Assembly (NCBI GenBank): GCA_030324005.1
Contig: JARDVH010000193.1
Span: 60,948,199 to 61,012,198 of the forward strand
Source of the DNA: Negaprion brevirostris
Taxonomy: Eukaryota
Length of the DNA stretch: 64,000 nt
Direction of reading: 5' to 3'
Part shown: positions 1 to 13,387 of the stretch, one piece after another
Numbering within the stretch: position 1 is the first letter of the stretch
Layout: every line of letters begins with the position of its first letter
The notes under the pieces: model-generated
Databases searched by the model: none
Seen by the model: the letters and a program-made list of their open reading frames with translations, nothing else
Told to the model about the DNA's origin: nothing
Program-made: the position numbers and the translations under genes

Positions 1-258
1 AGGGGGGGTCAGTTTAGAACAGAGTTGAGGAGGAACTTCTTCTCTCAGAGGGTAGCGAATCTCTGGAATTCTCTTCCCATTGAAATGGTGGAGGCTACCC
101 CGTTGAATATGTGTAAGTCACGGGTAGATACATTTCTGATCGATAAGGGAATTTTGGGGAGCAGGCTGGTAAGTGGAACTGATCCATGGTCTTATTGAAT
201 GGCGGGGCAGGCTCGAGGGCCTGAATGGCCTACTCCTGCTCCTATTTCTTATGTTCTT
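1..258 (+). mobile_element. CR1-type LINE 3' end
   Basis: Encodes the CR1 ORF2 C-terminus (FRTELRRNFFSQRVANLWNSLP), followed by the typical tail ggcctactcctgctcctatttcttatgttctt. Confidence 0.85.
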
Positions 259-1379
259 AAAGGTCTTTGAGGTAGGTTATCTGTTCGAGTGGATTTATCA
301 ACTTTCAAAAAAGATGAATTCCCCAGCTGTCTTTTAATTTTACTCATTAATTCTAAGTCTTATTGTTCATTAATCCCATTTCTTCCAGTATCTTTGAATC
401 GATTTTCCTCCTTGAAGACAAATGCACAATTTATTTTCTGTACACTTTCTTCTTCCCAGTTTAAGCCTTCCTGTCCCTGCCTGTAATTGTCTTGCATTTG
501 CTAATACCTCCCTCCTTCCGAACTTATATAAGCTTTTGTAGTCGATTACTAGTTTCTTACCAGCTTGGCCAGAAATTCTTTTTTGCGTTTCTTGATCTTG
601 GCCATCAATTGCTGAATTCTAAAAAAACACAAATGCGTCGTATCCTCAGATCTGCTTCTTCTTTGAACATTTTATAAGCGCTTCTTTTGACATTGTACAA
701 CAGTTAATTTGTCTTCTTAGCCAGGACTGCATCACTTTTCTTTGTAATAATCTTATACTTCGTAACGCTTAATTGCAACAAGTTTATTATCAACACTGGT
801 CTTATGTTTGGATCTTTAGCATACTTTCTAGGAAACAGCGCCGTACACATTCCAGGAACATGCGCTCTAAAGCAATTGTGCTAATTGTGGTCATCCAATC
901 CACTTCTGAGTTGAACTTCCCAATGTTTTCCCTACTTCGCTAGTTCCATGTCTGCATTATTCCCTAATTTTACCATGACCCTCATTTTTACAGTTGTATG
1001 GCGTATACATAAATCACGCCAACCTTTGCTCCCACACTGTTTTTATCCTTTCTTCGGCCAAATTCATTCGACAATTTTACCTTTACAGAGAAGACCATTT
1101 CTCGTTAAATTACTGAGCACTTTTTTTTTAACATTGCTACTTCATTCCGTTTTCTTTTTCCCTGTACGTCCTAAATGTTGAATTACCTTTGATGTGCAGT
1201 TCTCATCATTTTTTCAGGCTGCATCCACCTCTGCGCAATAGCAATACGATCACACCCATTTTCTTCTATTCTTCCATGAGTTGATCCACATTTTTGCGAA
1301 TGCATAACATTTTAGCATTTCTTTTCCAAACTTCGGATGTATTCGTTACCAGTGTTTGGACGGAGTAACAGGATGTTAT

Positions 1380-2070
1380 CTGAAAAATGTTAGACCGTGA
1401 AGTTGTGATGAAGAAAGCCTGTCCTTGTATGCCATTCATTCTAAGCCGTAGATGCAACAAGGCAAATGGCATGTTGACCTACATTGAGGAGTATTTGAAA
1501 ATGGGGCAAGGATTTCTTACTGAGGCTGCACAAATCTTGATGAGGTCACAAGTGGAACATTGTGTGTAGTTTTAGTCTCCTAACCTAATAAAGTACATAC
1601 ATGCCATAGAGGGCAGACAATGAAGGTTCACCACACAGATTCTTGGAATGAGAATTTTTTGTGTGAGGCGGGGTCAACTGTATTCACTGGACTGAGGTGG
1701 AATGAGAGATGATCTCATTGATTATTTTTAAATGTAGGCAGGACTGGACAGAAATCGTTCAAAGATAACCTTTCTCCTCCCTGTGAGGTATAGAACAAAT
1801 TTAGGATATGGGGTAGGACAGTTAGGATTGAGATGAGGAGAAATTTGTTCACTCAGATCGTGCTGTATAACGCAGAAAACTGTGAATTCCGAATTCCTGA
1901 ATACATTAAAGAAGTAAATGGATGTATTTATACCCACTAAAGGGTCAATGGATATGCGGTGAGAGCAGGACTATGACATTGAGATAAAGGATCACTCATG
2001 ATTTTGTGGAATAGCAAATAAGGCTCTACTGTCGTAATGGCTTACTTCTGGGCCTATTTATGGCTTCTAT
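1380..2070 (+). mobile_element. Degenerate CR1 LINE 3' fragment
   Basis: Remnants of CR1 ORF2 (LMRSQVEHCV, resembling LVRPHLEYCV; gagatgaggagaaatttgttcactcag) and a decayed 3' tail. Confidence 0.65.
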
Positions 2071-2467
2071 GACTCCAGCTTTTGGTTAGTTGCTACGGAC
2101 ATTGCACAACTGGACGTGAAGAGCTCTGCATCGTTTAAAACAGTTGAGGGTTTTGAGCTTTACTCTCCTTTCAGGCGGCAGGTTCTTCTGACGAATGCCT
2201 TTTATGGCGATTGCCTCATCTCTCCACAAGTCTTTCTACCGATCACTTTACTGGTCTAGTTCCAAGCTATAGGATTGTCGACTAAAGCAAAGAGGCCATT
2301 CACATCTACTTGAATAGGACACCACAACATGTTATACATCTCAACCTTTATCTTCTCCTTGCTCCGAGCTAAGGTCACGATTCGCTTCAAGAAGTCCACA
2401 ACCACCCCTGTTCCGAAGAAAAGCGAGGCTGCGTGCATTAATGACAAGCCCGCAGTAGCTTTGACAT

Positions 2468-4416
2468 CCGTAATTATGAGGTCCTAGGGAGAGTTCATCC
2501 TGGTATGCATGAACTTCGGTCTCCTAGATTGTCTGGATCCACTGCCACAATAGGGTTATTGCAAATGCAATTTACGCTCAATCCTGAAACACCTGGATAA
2601 CAAGGACGCTTTGGCCAGGCTCGGATGTATTGACTATAGTTCAACTTGCAACACGATTATGCCAACAAAACTCATTCCCAAACGCCGTTGGTTAGGTATT
2701 GGCTCGCCTGCTGAGACTGGATTCTAGACTTCCTTACTCAACAGACCACACTCAGTAAGGATAGGTAACAACACTTCCTCCGCGATTATCATCAACGTTG
2801 TGTCCTCCGCCCTCTACTGTATTCATTATACACTTAATACAGCATGAACGAACTCTGCTCCAACTCAATTTTCAAATGTGTTGATAGCATCAACGTAGTT
2901 TCAAACAATGATGTCGCGGAGTACAGGAAAGAGTTTNNNNNNNNNNNNNNNNNNNNNNNNNNNNNNNNNNNNNNNNNNNNNNNNNNNNNNNNNNNNNNNN
3001 NNNNNNNNNNNNNNNNNNNNNNNNNNNNNNNNNNNNCCCCTTTCTATTCAATCACTCCTCATAAGCCAAATCTCTCAACCAAGTGAATCTCCTTTCCACC
3101 CACTCCTGTGCCAGTACACCTTTTCTCAAGTAAGGAGACCAGAACTGTACACAGTACTACAGGTGTGTACACTGTTCTACAACCGTAATTATGAGGTCCG
3201 AGGGAGGGTTCATCGTGGTATGCATGAAGTCCGATCTCGCAGATTGTCTGGATCCACTGCCACAATATGGTTATTGCAAGTGCAATTTTCGTTCAACCCT
3301 GGAACACCTGGATAACAAGGGCGCTTTGGCCAGGAACGTATGTATTGACTATAGTTCAACCTGCACCACGATTATCCCAACAAAACTCATTTCCAAACGC
3401 CGTGGTCTAGGTATTGGGTCGCCCTTCTGAGACTGGATTCTAGACTTCCTTACTCAACAGACCACACTCAGTAAAGATGGGTAACAACACTTCCTCCACG
3501 ATTATCATCAACATTGTGTCCTCCGCCCCCTACTGTATTCATTATACACTTACTACAGCATGGACGAATTCTGCTCCAACTCAATTTTCAAACGTAGTTT
3601 CAAACAATGATGTCACGGAGCACAGAAAAGAGATTGAGAAAACGATGAAATGGTGCGATGAAAATAATCTCTCCTCAATGGAAATAATACAAACGAGATA
3701 ATCATGAACTTCAGGAAACGTGGTGGAACACATGCCGCTGTCTACACCAATGGTGACGAAATGGAAATGGTCGCCAGCTTGAAGGTTTACAGTGCTCAGA
3801 TTACCAGCAATATTTCATTGTCCTTTTATGCAAATGCTATACTTAAGGAAACCCACCAATGCCTCAACATTATCAGAAGGCTAAGGAAATTCGGCATTTC
3901 CCGTAGGACTCACCAGTTTACACAGATGCGCCATAGAAAGCAACCTTTCCAGATGCTTCACTGCTTGGAATGGCTCCCGCTCTGTCCAAGTCCGCAAGAA
4001 CCTACAAAGGATTATGAGCATAGCCAAATCCAACATGCACAGCAGCCTCACATCCATTGACTCAGTCTACAATTTCTGCTGCCTCTGAAAAGTAGCCGGC
4101 ATAATCGCAGATGTCACTCACACCAGACATGCTCTTTTCCATCTTCTGCCATTCGGAAAAAAAGGCACAAAAGTCTGAAAACACTGAGAAACCGAGCCAA
4201 GAACACCTTCTTCCTTGCTGCCGTCTGGTTTTTGAGTGGATATATATTCAGCTGATCTGTTCAATCACTCCATCTGTAACGACAACAAACATTCTTTCCT
4301 TCTCCACCTGTAATCCGCGAACGATATTTATCTTTACAACATATTGTAAACATAAGAACCAACACTTTCCACTGTGTCCCAATTATGTGACAACATTTAA
4401 TCAAATCCAAATCAAA
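2468..4416 (+). mobile_element. Rex-Babar-type LINE RT remnant, partly duplicated across a gap
   Basis: LEHLDNK..IDYSSTCTTIIPTKLISK..LGIG..WILDFL and MNFRK..RRLRKFG motifs; ends in an aatcaaatc-type tail. 2468-2936 is repeated at 3183-3632. Confidence 0.8.
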
Positions 4417-5289
4417 CGTCTCCTCAGATTCATTGGTTCAAAGGAGGAAAAGCCCAGTCCACCATTTTTTTCCCTTACAGTTGCAAATATCATCTGCTGG
4501 CAACAATTTCAATTACTGTGCACTTATTTCTGCAATCTGGTAACAGAAGAAATATGATCTTCAAGGTATAACTGAGTTCTCTACTCAAGTGAATAAAGTC
4601 GACTCATCATCTCTTCCAGCAGAATCTTCCTGTTCAAATATTATAAATGGACTGATTCCATTTGTATTCCTAAACACTTTATTATCCCATCCTACTACCT
4701 TTTGGGATCTGTTGGTGGGCACTCTAACGTCTTTTTTTACACTCCCCATAAAACTCACAACTGTGCATTACTTTGTATGGCTTGACATTGCCAAATGCAT
4801 CTGCTCAAACGTCAGAAATTCGAATTCAATTTGCCTTTTTTTCTGCCTACCTGGATATTCAATTGACATCTTGCACAGTTCTGCCAAGCTACTGCGAGCA
4901 TATTCTTTTCTATTCTTTGCTGAACCAGAGGTGATCCCATGATTTGATGGTAGTGTGAACATGAGTTACATGATAGACTTTTTTTTTGCTGATAGTTCTG
5001 TTGTTCTAATGATACACAGCACGTCTTGGATGTTCAGTTCTGAGCTGCAATGTCTGTTCTGCATCTATACCATTTATAACCGCGACCTCAAATGCAGGAC
5101 AAATGTCCAAAACAATGGCGGGCTATATTCTGAAATTGCAAAACGATGCATATTTTCAAACAGCTGCATGCTATTTAATATTTGTTAATCATTTTGCCAA
5201 ATTACATGTAAGCATCCAAATCTTCTGAAACGTTTCTGTAAAAAGAGACGTGACAGCAAATAATATACTTCAGTGCCTTGAATCAGGGT

Positions 5290-5620
5290 TTAGTTTCGGC
5301 CTGTGTTGCCTGTCTCTGCGGTATTTGCGTGTTCTTCCATATCTGCTTCGTTTTCCTCCCTGTGCATTTCTTTTTTCCCACAATCTCGAGATTTGCAGGT
5401 TGGGCAGATGGGCCAAGCTGAAGTTACTCATTTTTGCCCAGAGAGTTGTAGGATCAGTGGATTACGAGATTAGATGGGCCTGTGGGAAATGACACTGGGC
5501 GTGGGAAGAATGCGGGATGGAGTGGTGACAGTGATTGAGATCGGGCAAGACACTCTTTTGGAAAGTCTGTACAGAATCTATGGATCGAATGGCTCCTTCT
5601 GCACTCTCGAGATTCTATGG
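5290..5620 (+). mobile_element. Decayed tRNA-derived SINE
   Basis: Degenerate core (gtgttcttccat..tttcctcc..tcccacaatc..tgcaggttggg) plus a LINE-like tail. Confidence 0.5.
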
Positions 5621-6180
5621 TTTAGTAAGAATTTTGATTTGAGTTTCCTGTCTGTAAAACTTCCATTTCAAATTGCTGCTGCTCCTCGTATCCCTTAATT
5701 CTCTCAGGTATCGTAAGATTATCCTAATCTGAAATGTAAAGGAACAGATGAAGTTGTGTTATTTTTAAGTGGAAATAACCGGCTCTATGTATGCAGTGCA
5801 GCAACCAGGTAATATCGCAAACAGTATTGTTTCTTCTGATTCAAAACATTTTGCATTAAACCCATTTCCGTTGTTGCTTTAATGTGTTAATTCAATGATT
5901 CAATGAATGCAGCATATCCTGTTCGAATTGACAATGGACACATTCGCTCAATCATTGCATTACATTGAAACTTAAAATCATGATGCGACATTTTTGAAGA
6001 CGATCTACTTGTAGGTGACGTAACTAACTAATGCGTGAGAGCACAGCTGTCTTACTGAACGCAGGCTTAGTTTTAATTTTTAAAGAGTGAGAGGGTATAT
6101 TGTTAGACGTAACCGTTGGCAACATTAGACCTGTTGTATGTGACCAACGCTAGCAAGCTATAAGGGTCAAATGACCGAGT

Positions 6181-6417
6181 AGAATATAGAACATAGAACA
6201 CTACAGCACAAACAGGCCCTTCGGCCCACGAGTTGCGCCGATGACATCAACACCTTCCAACCCATAGACCTATCTATAACCTCCAATCCCATTAAATCCC
6301 ATATACTCATCCAGAAGTCTTTTAACAGACCCCAGCGAGCTTGCCTCCACCACCACTGACGGCAGCCGATTCCATTCACTCACCACCCTCTGAGTGAAAA
6401 ACTTACCCCTAACATCA
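6181..6417 (-). mobile_element. Young CR1-type LINE 3' end
   Basis: agaacatagaacactacagcacaaacaggcccttcggcccac tail in reverse orientation; truncated by the gap. Confidence 0.8.
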
Positions 6418-6517
6418 NNNNNNNNNNNNNNNNNNNNNNNNNNNNNNNNNNNNNNNNNNNNNNNNNNNNNNNNNNNNNNNNNNNNNNNNNNNNNNNNNNN
6501 NNNNNNNNNNNNNNNNN

Positions 6518-6600
6518 AATAAATCGGTTGGACTAAAACCTGGTGTTGTCAGACTTTTTACTGTGTTTACGCCAGTCCAACGCCGGCATACCCATATCAT
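6518..6600. mobile_element. Penelope-like element terminus
   Basis: aataaatcggttggactaaaacctggtgttgtcagac...ccagtccaacgccggcat resembles a Penelope-type terminus abundant in sharks (recognised from memory). Confidence 0.6.
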
Positions 6601-6908
6601 GCAGTGCAGCAACCAGGTAATATCGCAAGCAGTATTGTTTCTTCTGATTCAAAACATTTTGCATGAAACCCATTTTCGTTGTTGCTTTAATGTGTTAATT
6701 GAATGATTCAATGAATGCAGCACATCCTGTTTGAATTGATAGTGGACACGTTCGCTCAATCATTGCATTACATTGAAACTTAAAATGATGATGCGACATT
6801 TTTGAAGACATTCTGCTTGTAGGTGACGTAAATAACTAAAGCGTGAGAGCACAGCTGTCTCACTGAACGTAGGCTTAGTTTTAATTTTTAAAGAGTGAGA
6901 GGGTATAT

Positions 6909-9900
6909 TGTTAGACGTAACCAATGGCAACATTAGACCTGTTGTATGTGACCAATGCTAACAAGCTATAAGGGTCAAATGACCGAGTAAACTATGTAAC
7001 CAATGCCAAAAATGATGTGGTGGTCCGATGGCCAGCTGAGCTTAGTATAAATAAAAATGTGTTGGGAAATGGGGAGAGATCGGAATCGGCCAGGATGAGG
7101 CCTGAAGTGCTGTATTAAATTGTTATCTTTGATTTATGCTTTGGAATAAGTCTTGGTTTGTTTCTTTGCCCATAGCTGAAGAGTTCCTTCTCGTGGATCA
7201 ACATTAGTCGCAGAGTGAAACCCATTGTAACATGGTGTTTGTTTTAAAGAAGTGCTACAACCATGAAAGGAGGTCGAAGTAAACTGACGGGATTTGATTT
7301 TCCTGCTCTTCCCCCACTCCACCCCTTTTCAGATGCTGAACTATATCAGCAATAGAAGGCATAGGTGCAAATGTGGACCCTTGTCACTGCAGTACCGAAA
7401 ACAAAGCAAGGCATGCTATTGACATTGTGCTTCTGCTTCGAGCAAGATAAGGAGCAAAACATTTTCTGATTGGAGAGCAAATGTCCTAAAAAAAAGGCCG
7501 ACAGTTCCTGCCAGTAACTTAAATAAGCTTTACCAAAAAGACGAATTCTTGGAGAATTATTAGGATGGGTGATGTTTGACAAGATTAGGAAATAAGATGT
7601 CCAATCCATGAAGGAGTATATCATGATTTTTAATAGGGGTCATAACAGGCTAAGTGAATTTAATTTGGAGATTCCAGATTGGCCTTTAAGTTGTTGGAGT
7701 GTGAATGTCTTTCGCAAATGGATATTATTTGAGTAATGCCTGGAATGCAATTAAGGGAAACCCGACCTTTCTTTGATCAAATAACATCATCATTAAAAAA
7801 GTTTTTCGAGGAACATTCGTTCCCCGCAACGTTTTTCAATTTGGATTGGATTGCCAAAACACACAGAATGAAGAAGTCAGTGATAACTCAACCACATGCC
7901 GGACCAAATGGTAAACGACGGCCCTTAAATAGAGACGGTTACGCTATTAACAGAAGTAGTGTTTAAACCGAATATAAAGACGAGAACCCATTTCACGATT
8001 TGGAAAGAGGACGCACATCGGAACATGATAAAAGACATTTAACTCGAAGAGATGCTAAAGGATTACAAATCACTATTTCCAATGTGATACCCCATATCAC
8101 TGTGTAGTAAACGGGCCAAAGAGAAGAAATTGTTCTTTGAAATTACATGTGATACACAACACGTGGAAACCGACTGTGATGCGGATAATGACCAGCAAGG
8201 CATTGTTTTGGTGGCAGGACAGTTGAATCCTATAATGAGCGCCCTGATGGTAGATTATTTCAATTGTGTTATTTTACATACTGGATGCACGTCCACTCTC
8301 TGCTGCCAAAAATTCTTATTTGGGGTCTCTTGGTCAGAAAGACTGAAAGATAGCAGAAAAAATAGCTCTACCTGTTTTAGATTTGGAGATGACATTAGTT
8401 TAACGTCATCAAAAAACGTGGCACTTCCCTTTNNNNNNNNNNNNNNNNNNNNNNNNNNNNNNNNNNNNNNNNNNNNNNNNNNNNNNNNNNNNNNNNNNNN
8501 NNNNNNNNNNNNNNNNNNNNNNNNNNNNNNNNATGTTTGACAAGATTAGGAAATAAGATGTCCAATCCATGAAGGAGTATATCATGAATTTTAATAGGGG
8601 TCATAACAGGCTATGTGAATTCAATTTGGAGATTCCAGATTGGCCTTTGAGTTGTTGGATTGTGAGTGTCTTTCGCAAATGGATATTATTTTAGTAATGC
8701 CTGGAATGCAATTAAGGGAAACCGAACCTTTCTTTGATCAAATAACATCATCATTAAAAAAGTCTTTCGAGGAACATTCGTTCCGCGCAACGTTTTTCAA
8801 TTTGGATTGGATTGCCAAAACACACAGAATGGAGAAGTCAGTGATAACTCAACCACATGCCGGACCAAATGGTAAAGGACGGCCCTTAAATAGAGACGGT
8901 TACGCTAATAACAGAAGTAGTGTTTAAACCGGATATAAAGACTAAAACCCAATTCATTTGGAAAGAGGATGCACATGGGAAACTGATAAAAGGCATTTAA
9001 CTCGAAGAGATGCTAAAGGATTACAATTCACTATTTCCAACGTGATACTCCATATCACTGTGTAGTAAACTGCCCAAAAAGAAGAAATTGTCCTTTGGAA
9101 TTACATGTGATACACAACACGTGGAAACCGACTGTGATGCAGATAATGACCAGCAAGGCATTGTTTTGGTGGCAGGAAAGTCGTATCCTATAATGAGCAC
9201 CCTGATGATCGATTATTCCAATTGTGTTATTTTACATACTGGATGCACGTCCACTCTCTGCTGCCAAAAATTGGCTAAATTCCTATTTGGGGTCTCTTGG
9301 TCAGAAAGACTGAAAGATAGCAAACAAAATTATAGTTCTACCTGTTTTAGATTTGGAGATGACATTAGGTTAACGTCGTCAAAAAGCGTGGTACTTCCCT
9401 TTGGGATTGCGGGAATCAACTTATTCTTACATACAAATGTCGTTTCTTTGTTGTTAAGAAAGTCTGCGATGAAAAAAGTGCAGATGATAAAACCGTGGTA
9501 TTTGGGAAAACTGTGGCCCTGTATTTGACAAGATCTGGCCATTATTGTCTTCCCTTAAGCAGACCAAATGTATCGGACCAAAGGATTCATGATGCAATGG
9601 AACCATTTTCGGATAGTAGCACGATGGATAAAAACATTGTTCTGAAACTCCATACGCTGTTTGCACACCCATCATTACAGAGACTGAATGCATTGTCGCA
9701 GCAAGTAGGTTGTTGCACAAGAATTGTAATGATCTCATAGAACAAATGCCTGCGCAGTGTGAAATTTGGATAAAATATATGGCACTCCAGTTTTTAGTTG
9801 CGAGTCTACCACTAGCAGGATATTTCAATGATGTAGAGCGATAGATCCAAATATATGGTATGAGACAAAGGCATCTATCTACTGCAAGTCATGGACATGG

Positions 9901-9980
9901 CCACCCGGTTTAGCATATCTACCGTGGTTTATAGCAAAGATAAAAATATCATTACAGATAAAATTATGACCCACTACATA
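6909..9980 (+). mobile_element. Degenerate Ty1/Copia (GalEa-like) LTR retrotransposon, 5' part
   Basis: Putative LTR TGTT..AACA at 6909-7203; PBS-like tagtcgcagag at 7205-7215 (9/11 to TGGTAGCAGAG, tRNA-iMet). Gag (MWTLVT..KQG; SMKEYIMIFN..LAFKLL), protease (ILHTGCTSTLC..FRFGD..VVLP) and then integrase (LHTLFAHP..MDMATRFS), with no RT in between: Copia order. 7572-8432 is duplicated at 8533-9402. Confidence 0.75.
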
Positions 9981-10227
9981 AATATTTCTCCAACCAATAT
10001 CTTGAAAATATTGCTCCGTTCAGTTCAATACTGACACATCGGTATCATTATTCCATTCACATTCAGTGTTCCCTTGTTCACTGTGGCATGGTTCCGATCT
10101 TGAATTGATGATCATGCATTGAGACCGTCGCTGTTCCATTTTGCATCATGAACTGGCTCAAATCTATGACTTGATGTGCAACTCGGATTGGACATAATTT
10201 CCTTCCGTACTGGTGTGCACCACGATA

Positions 10228-11773
10228 ACAAAAAAAGCTTATTTCTCTCCAAATCATCAAAACTTCTGAAAACACAGAGAATCCCATGAGAATCTATGTT
10301 TCTACGTTACAAAGTTGTCGTACAAATATGCACACCATCACGTTATAACACATCACTTTGCATACTGCATCAATTTGTGTGATTTGTACTTCGATCTTTC
10401 CGAGGTCAGTATATATTGTACCCAAAATGTTGCCTCTAGTATTGTGCACCGGAATGCAAATATATGACATATACGATTCCCGCAAAATGCCTTTAGGCAT
10501 TAAATGTTCGTTGGATTCACCACATTAAGATTGCTTCTGATTTATCACTTTGGATCGAAAAAAAAGGACGACATCGCATTCGTCTTTGTTGAACTGCATT
10601 CTCCACAATCTACGCATTCACTATATTGAGTGATAATTTTCATTACCTCAAAATTGTTTCTGGCAATTCTCACTCTATCCTGTTAGCCAACCAGAATATA
10701 TTTGCAGACTGAAATTGGCTTGCGGCTGAAACCTGAGTCGCTGTTCAGTTTATCTTTCTTATATTTAACTAATGTCATAGCTTCCTCACTCACTATACCT
10801 CGAAGCTTTTCAATCCCTATGAGATGTTTTCTCTCCTCCAAATTAAGGTTTGTGCTGCATTTTTTATTCTTTTTCATTTTAGGTGGCCGCTGCTTTGCTA
10901 AGCTCGAGGTTTCCTTTCTCAAGCCTCTGCCAACATCTACCCCAATTTCTNNNNNNNNNNNNNNNNNNNNNNNNNNNNNNNNNNNNNNNNNNNNNNNNNN
11001 NNNNNNNNNNNNNNNNNNNNNNNNNNNNNNNNNNNNNNNNNNNNNNNNNNACAAAAAAAGCTTATTTCTCTCCAAATCATCAAAACTTCTGAAAACACAG
11101 AGAATCCCATGAGAATCTCTGTTTCTGCGTTACAAAGTTGTCGTACAAATATGCACCCCATCACGTTAAAACACATCACTTTGCATACTGCATCAATTTG
11201 TGTGATTTGTACTTCGATCCTTCCGAGGTCAGTATATATTGTACCCAATGTGTTACCTCTAGTATAGTGCACCGGAACGCAAATATATGACATATACGAT
11301 TCCCGCAAAATTTCTTTAGGCATTAAATGTTCGTTGGATGACCACATTAAGATTGCTTCTGATTTATCACCTTGGATCGAAAAAAAATGGACGAGATCGC
11401 ATCCGTCTTTGTTGAACTGCATTTCCCACAATCTGCGCATTCACTATATTGAGTGAAAATTTTCATTATCTCAAGATTGTTTCTGGCAATTCACACTTTA
11501 CCCTGTTAGCCAACCACAATATGTTTGCAGACTGAAATTGGCTCACGGCTGAAACCTGAGTAGCTGTTCAGTTTATCTTTCTTATATTTAACTAATGTCA
11601 TAGTTTCCTCACTCACTATACCTCGAAGCTATTCAATCCCTATGAGATGTTTTCTCTCCTCCAAATTAAGGTTTATGCTGTTTTATTTTTCCTTTTTCAT
11701 TTTAGGTGGCCGCTGTTTTGCTAAGCTCTAGATTTCCTTTCTCAATCCTCTGCCAATATCTACCCCAATTTCT
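10228..11773 (-). mobile_element. Highly decayed CR1 RT remnant, two copies flanking a gap
   Basis: Minus-strand WEMQFNKDGCDLVHF resembles CR1 WQMQFNVDKCEVIHF. 10228-10950 is repeated at 11051-11773. Confidence 0.55.
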
Positions 11774-11859
11774 TTGGTGAAAAGGCTTCTGGCAATTTGT
11801 ACTTTCCGTTGGAGCTTTACTGCAATGTCTGTAATCGTCTCTTGCATCAGAGGATGGCG

Positions 11860-11902
11860 AGTGTGTGTGATTATCTGGATGACGATATTTGTGTGTGCAG
11901 CT

Positions 11903-11933
<31 letters not shown>

Positions 11934-12795
11934 GAATTGTCTTTATATATGGATTAGAATGAGAGTGTGAGTGTGTAAGAATTACTGTGTATGTACATGT
12001 GTGAGGATGAGTGTGTGCGTGACGATCAGATTGTGCTCGCTTGTGAGAGGAGGAGTGTTTGTTTACTAGGAACTGTATGTTGTTAGGATCAATGTCCCAG
12101 TATCTATCCCAGTTTCCTTGGTTAAAAGCCTTGTTACAATTTATTTTTTCTAACTGTGCTTTTCTGCAATGTCTGTCGTATTTTATGGTCTTAGATCGGT
12201 GAGATGTTACTGCGTGTGTTCCTCTGTGAGGATGAGTGTATTCATGTGCGCAGATGAGTCTATGCGTGTGCCTGTGTATTTCTGTGTGTGCATGGATTTG
12301 TGTGTATGTGCGGGGTACACTGAGAGTACGAATGTGTGAGTGTCAGTGTGTATCAGCATGCATGAGGAGCAGTGTGAGAGAAAACGAGTGTTTGTTTACT
12401 TGGACGAGTGCGTGTTAGGATAAATCTGTGCGTTTTAAGATGAGTATGTCTGAGGTTGAGTGTCATTTTGTACAAGTGGGTGTGTATGTACGTTGATAAT
12501 AGGTTGAGTAAATGTGTGGGCATGGGTTTCTGAGGACATGGGTGCTGGTACATGTCTGAGATTGATTGTGTGATCACAAATGTGTATGTGTGTGTGTATG
12601 TCTGTGGTTGCGATGAATGTGTGCGTATTATGATAAGTTCGTGTGCATTCGTATGTGTGAGTGATTGAGTGTGTTCTTGTGTGTGATGATGAATGCATGT
12701 CTGAGTGCATATGTGCGTGCGCATGTTTATGTAAGCATGTGTCTGAGTACGGGTTTGTATGTGTGGGCGCAGAAGTGAGCCCTAACATATGTGTT
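11860..12795. repeat. (GT)n-rich low-complexity tract
   Basis: Perfect (GT)n at ~11904-11932 within ~900 bp of degenerate GT/GA repeats. Confidence 0.85.
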
Positions 12796-13349
12796 AGGAT
12801 GAACCACAGCACAAACCCAGGTGACAAATGCCTCCCAGACCATTTGCCCATAACCCACTCTGGGCCTGCATTCTGTTGGGAGGCTGAGGGTGCCCTGCCT
12901 CGCCTCTGCAGCATCCAGCAACCTGCTGAGGTTNNNNNNNNNNNNNNNNNNNNNNNNNTGCATGTTGATATAAGTGACAATAATAACTCAAATCAAATGA
13001 AATCAGATCACAGCAAGAAATGCGCATTCACATTATAAGAATGCTTGGAGTTCTCGATAGTTTTGGGAGGTCATTACTTTTTCTGCGATTTGCAAGGTTT
13101 GGAAACCCTGCTATAAACATTTATTCTGTTTTAATGCTGCCAATGTTTGAATATGACACAGGGGAAAGGGGCAAATCAACAAGTCTAACTGTTCCTTCAG
13201 ATGACAATAAAGTGCTACCATCCAATACTTTTTTAAAAAAATTCTGCATGGGAAATGTGGGATATGGAAATATTCCGGTTAATGCATTGTAGCATGGGGA
13301 CACTTCTGCAAACACATAGCAAATTTAACAACAGGAGATATAACGCTCA

Positions 13350-13387
13350 GTGTGTGTGCGCGTGTGTGTGTGCGCGCGCGCGCGTGC
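13350..13387. repeat. (GT)/(GC) alternating microsatellite
   Basis: gtgtgtgtgcgcgtgtgtgtgtgcgcgcgcgcgcgtgc. Confidence 0.85.

Noticed and set aside
12795-12933. Short GC-richer island next to a 25-N gap
   Set aside because: Too short to interpret, no recognisable motif, and possibly a gap-filling artefact.
12236-13038. His/Thr-rich and Cys/Val-rich ORFs of 60-181 aa
   Set aside because: They are translations of (GT)n/(CA)n low-complexity sequence, and several run through N gaps.
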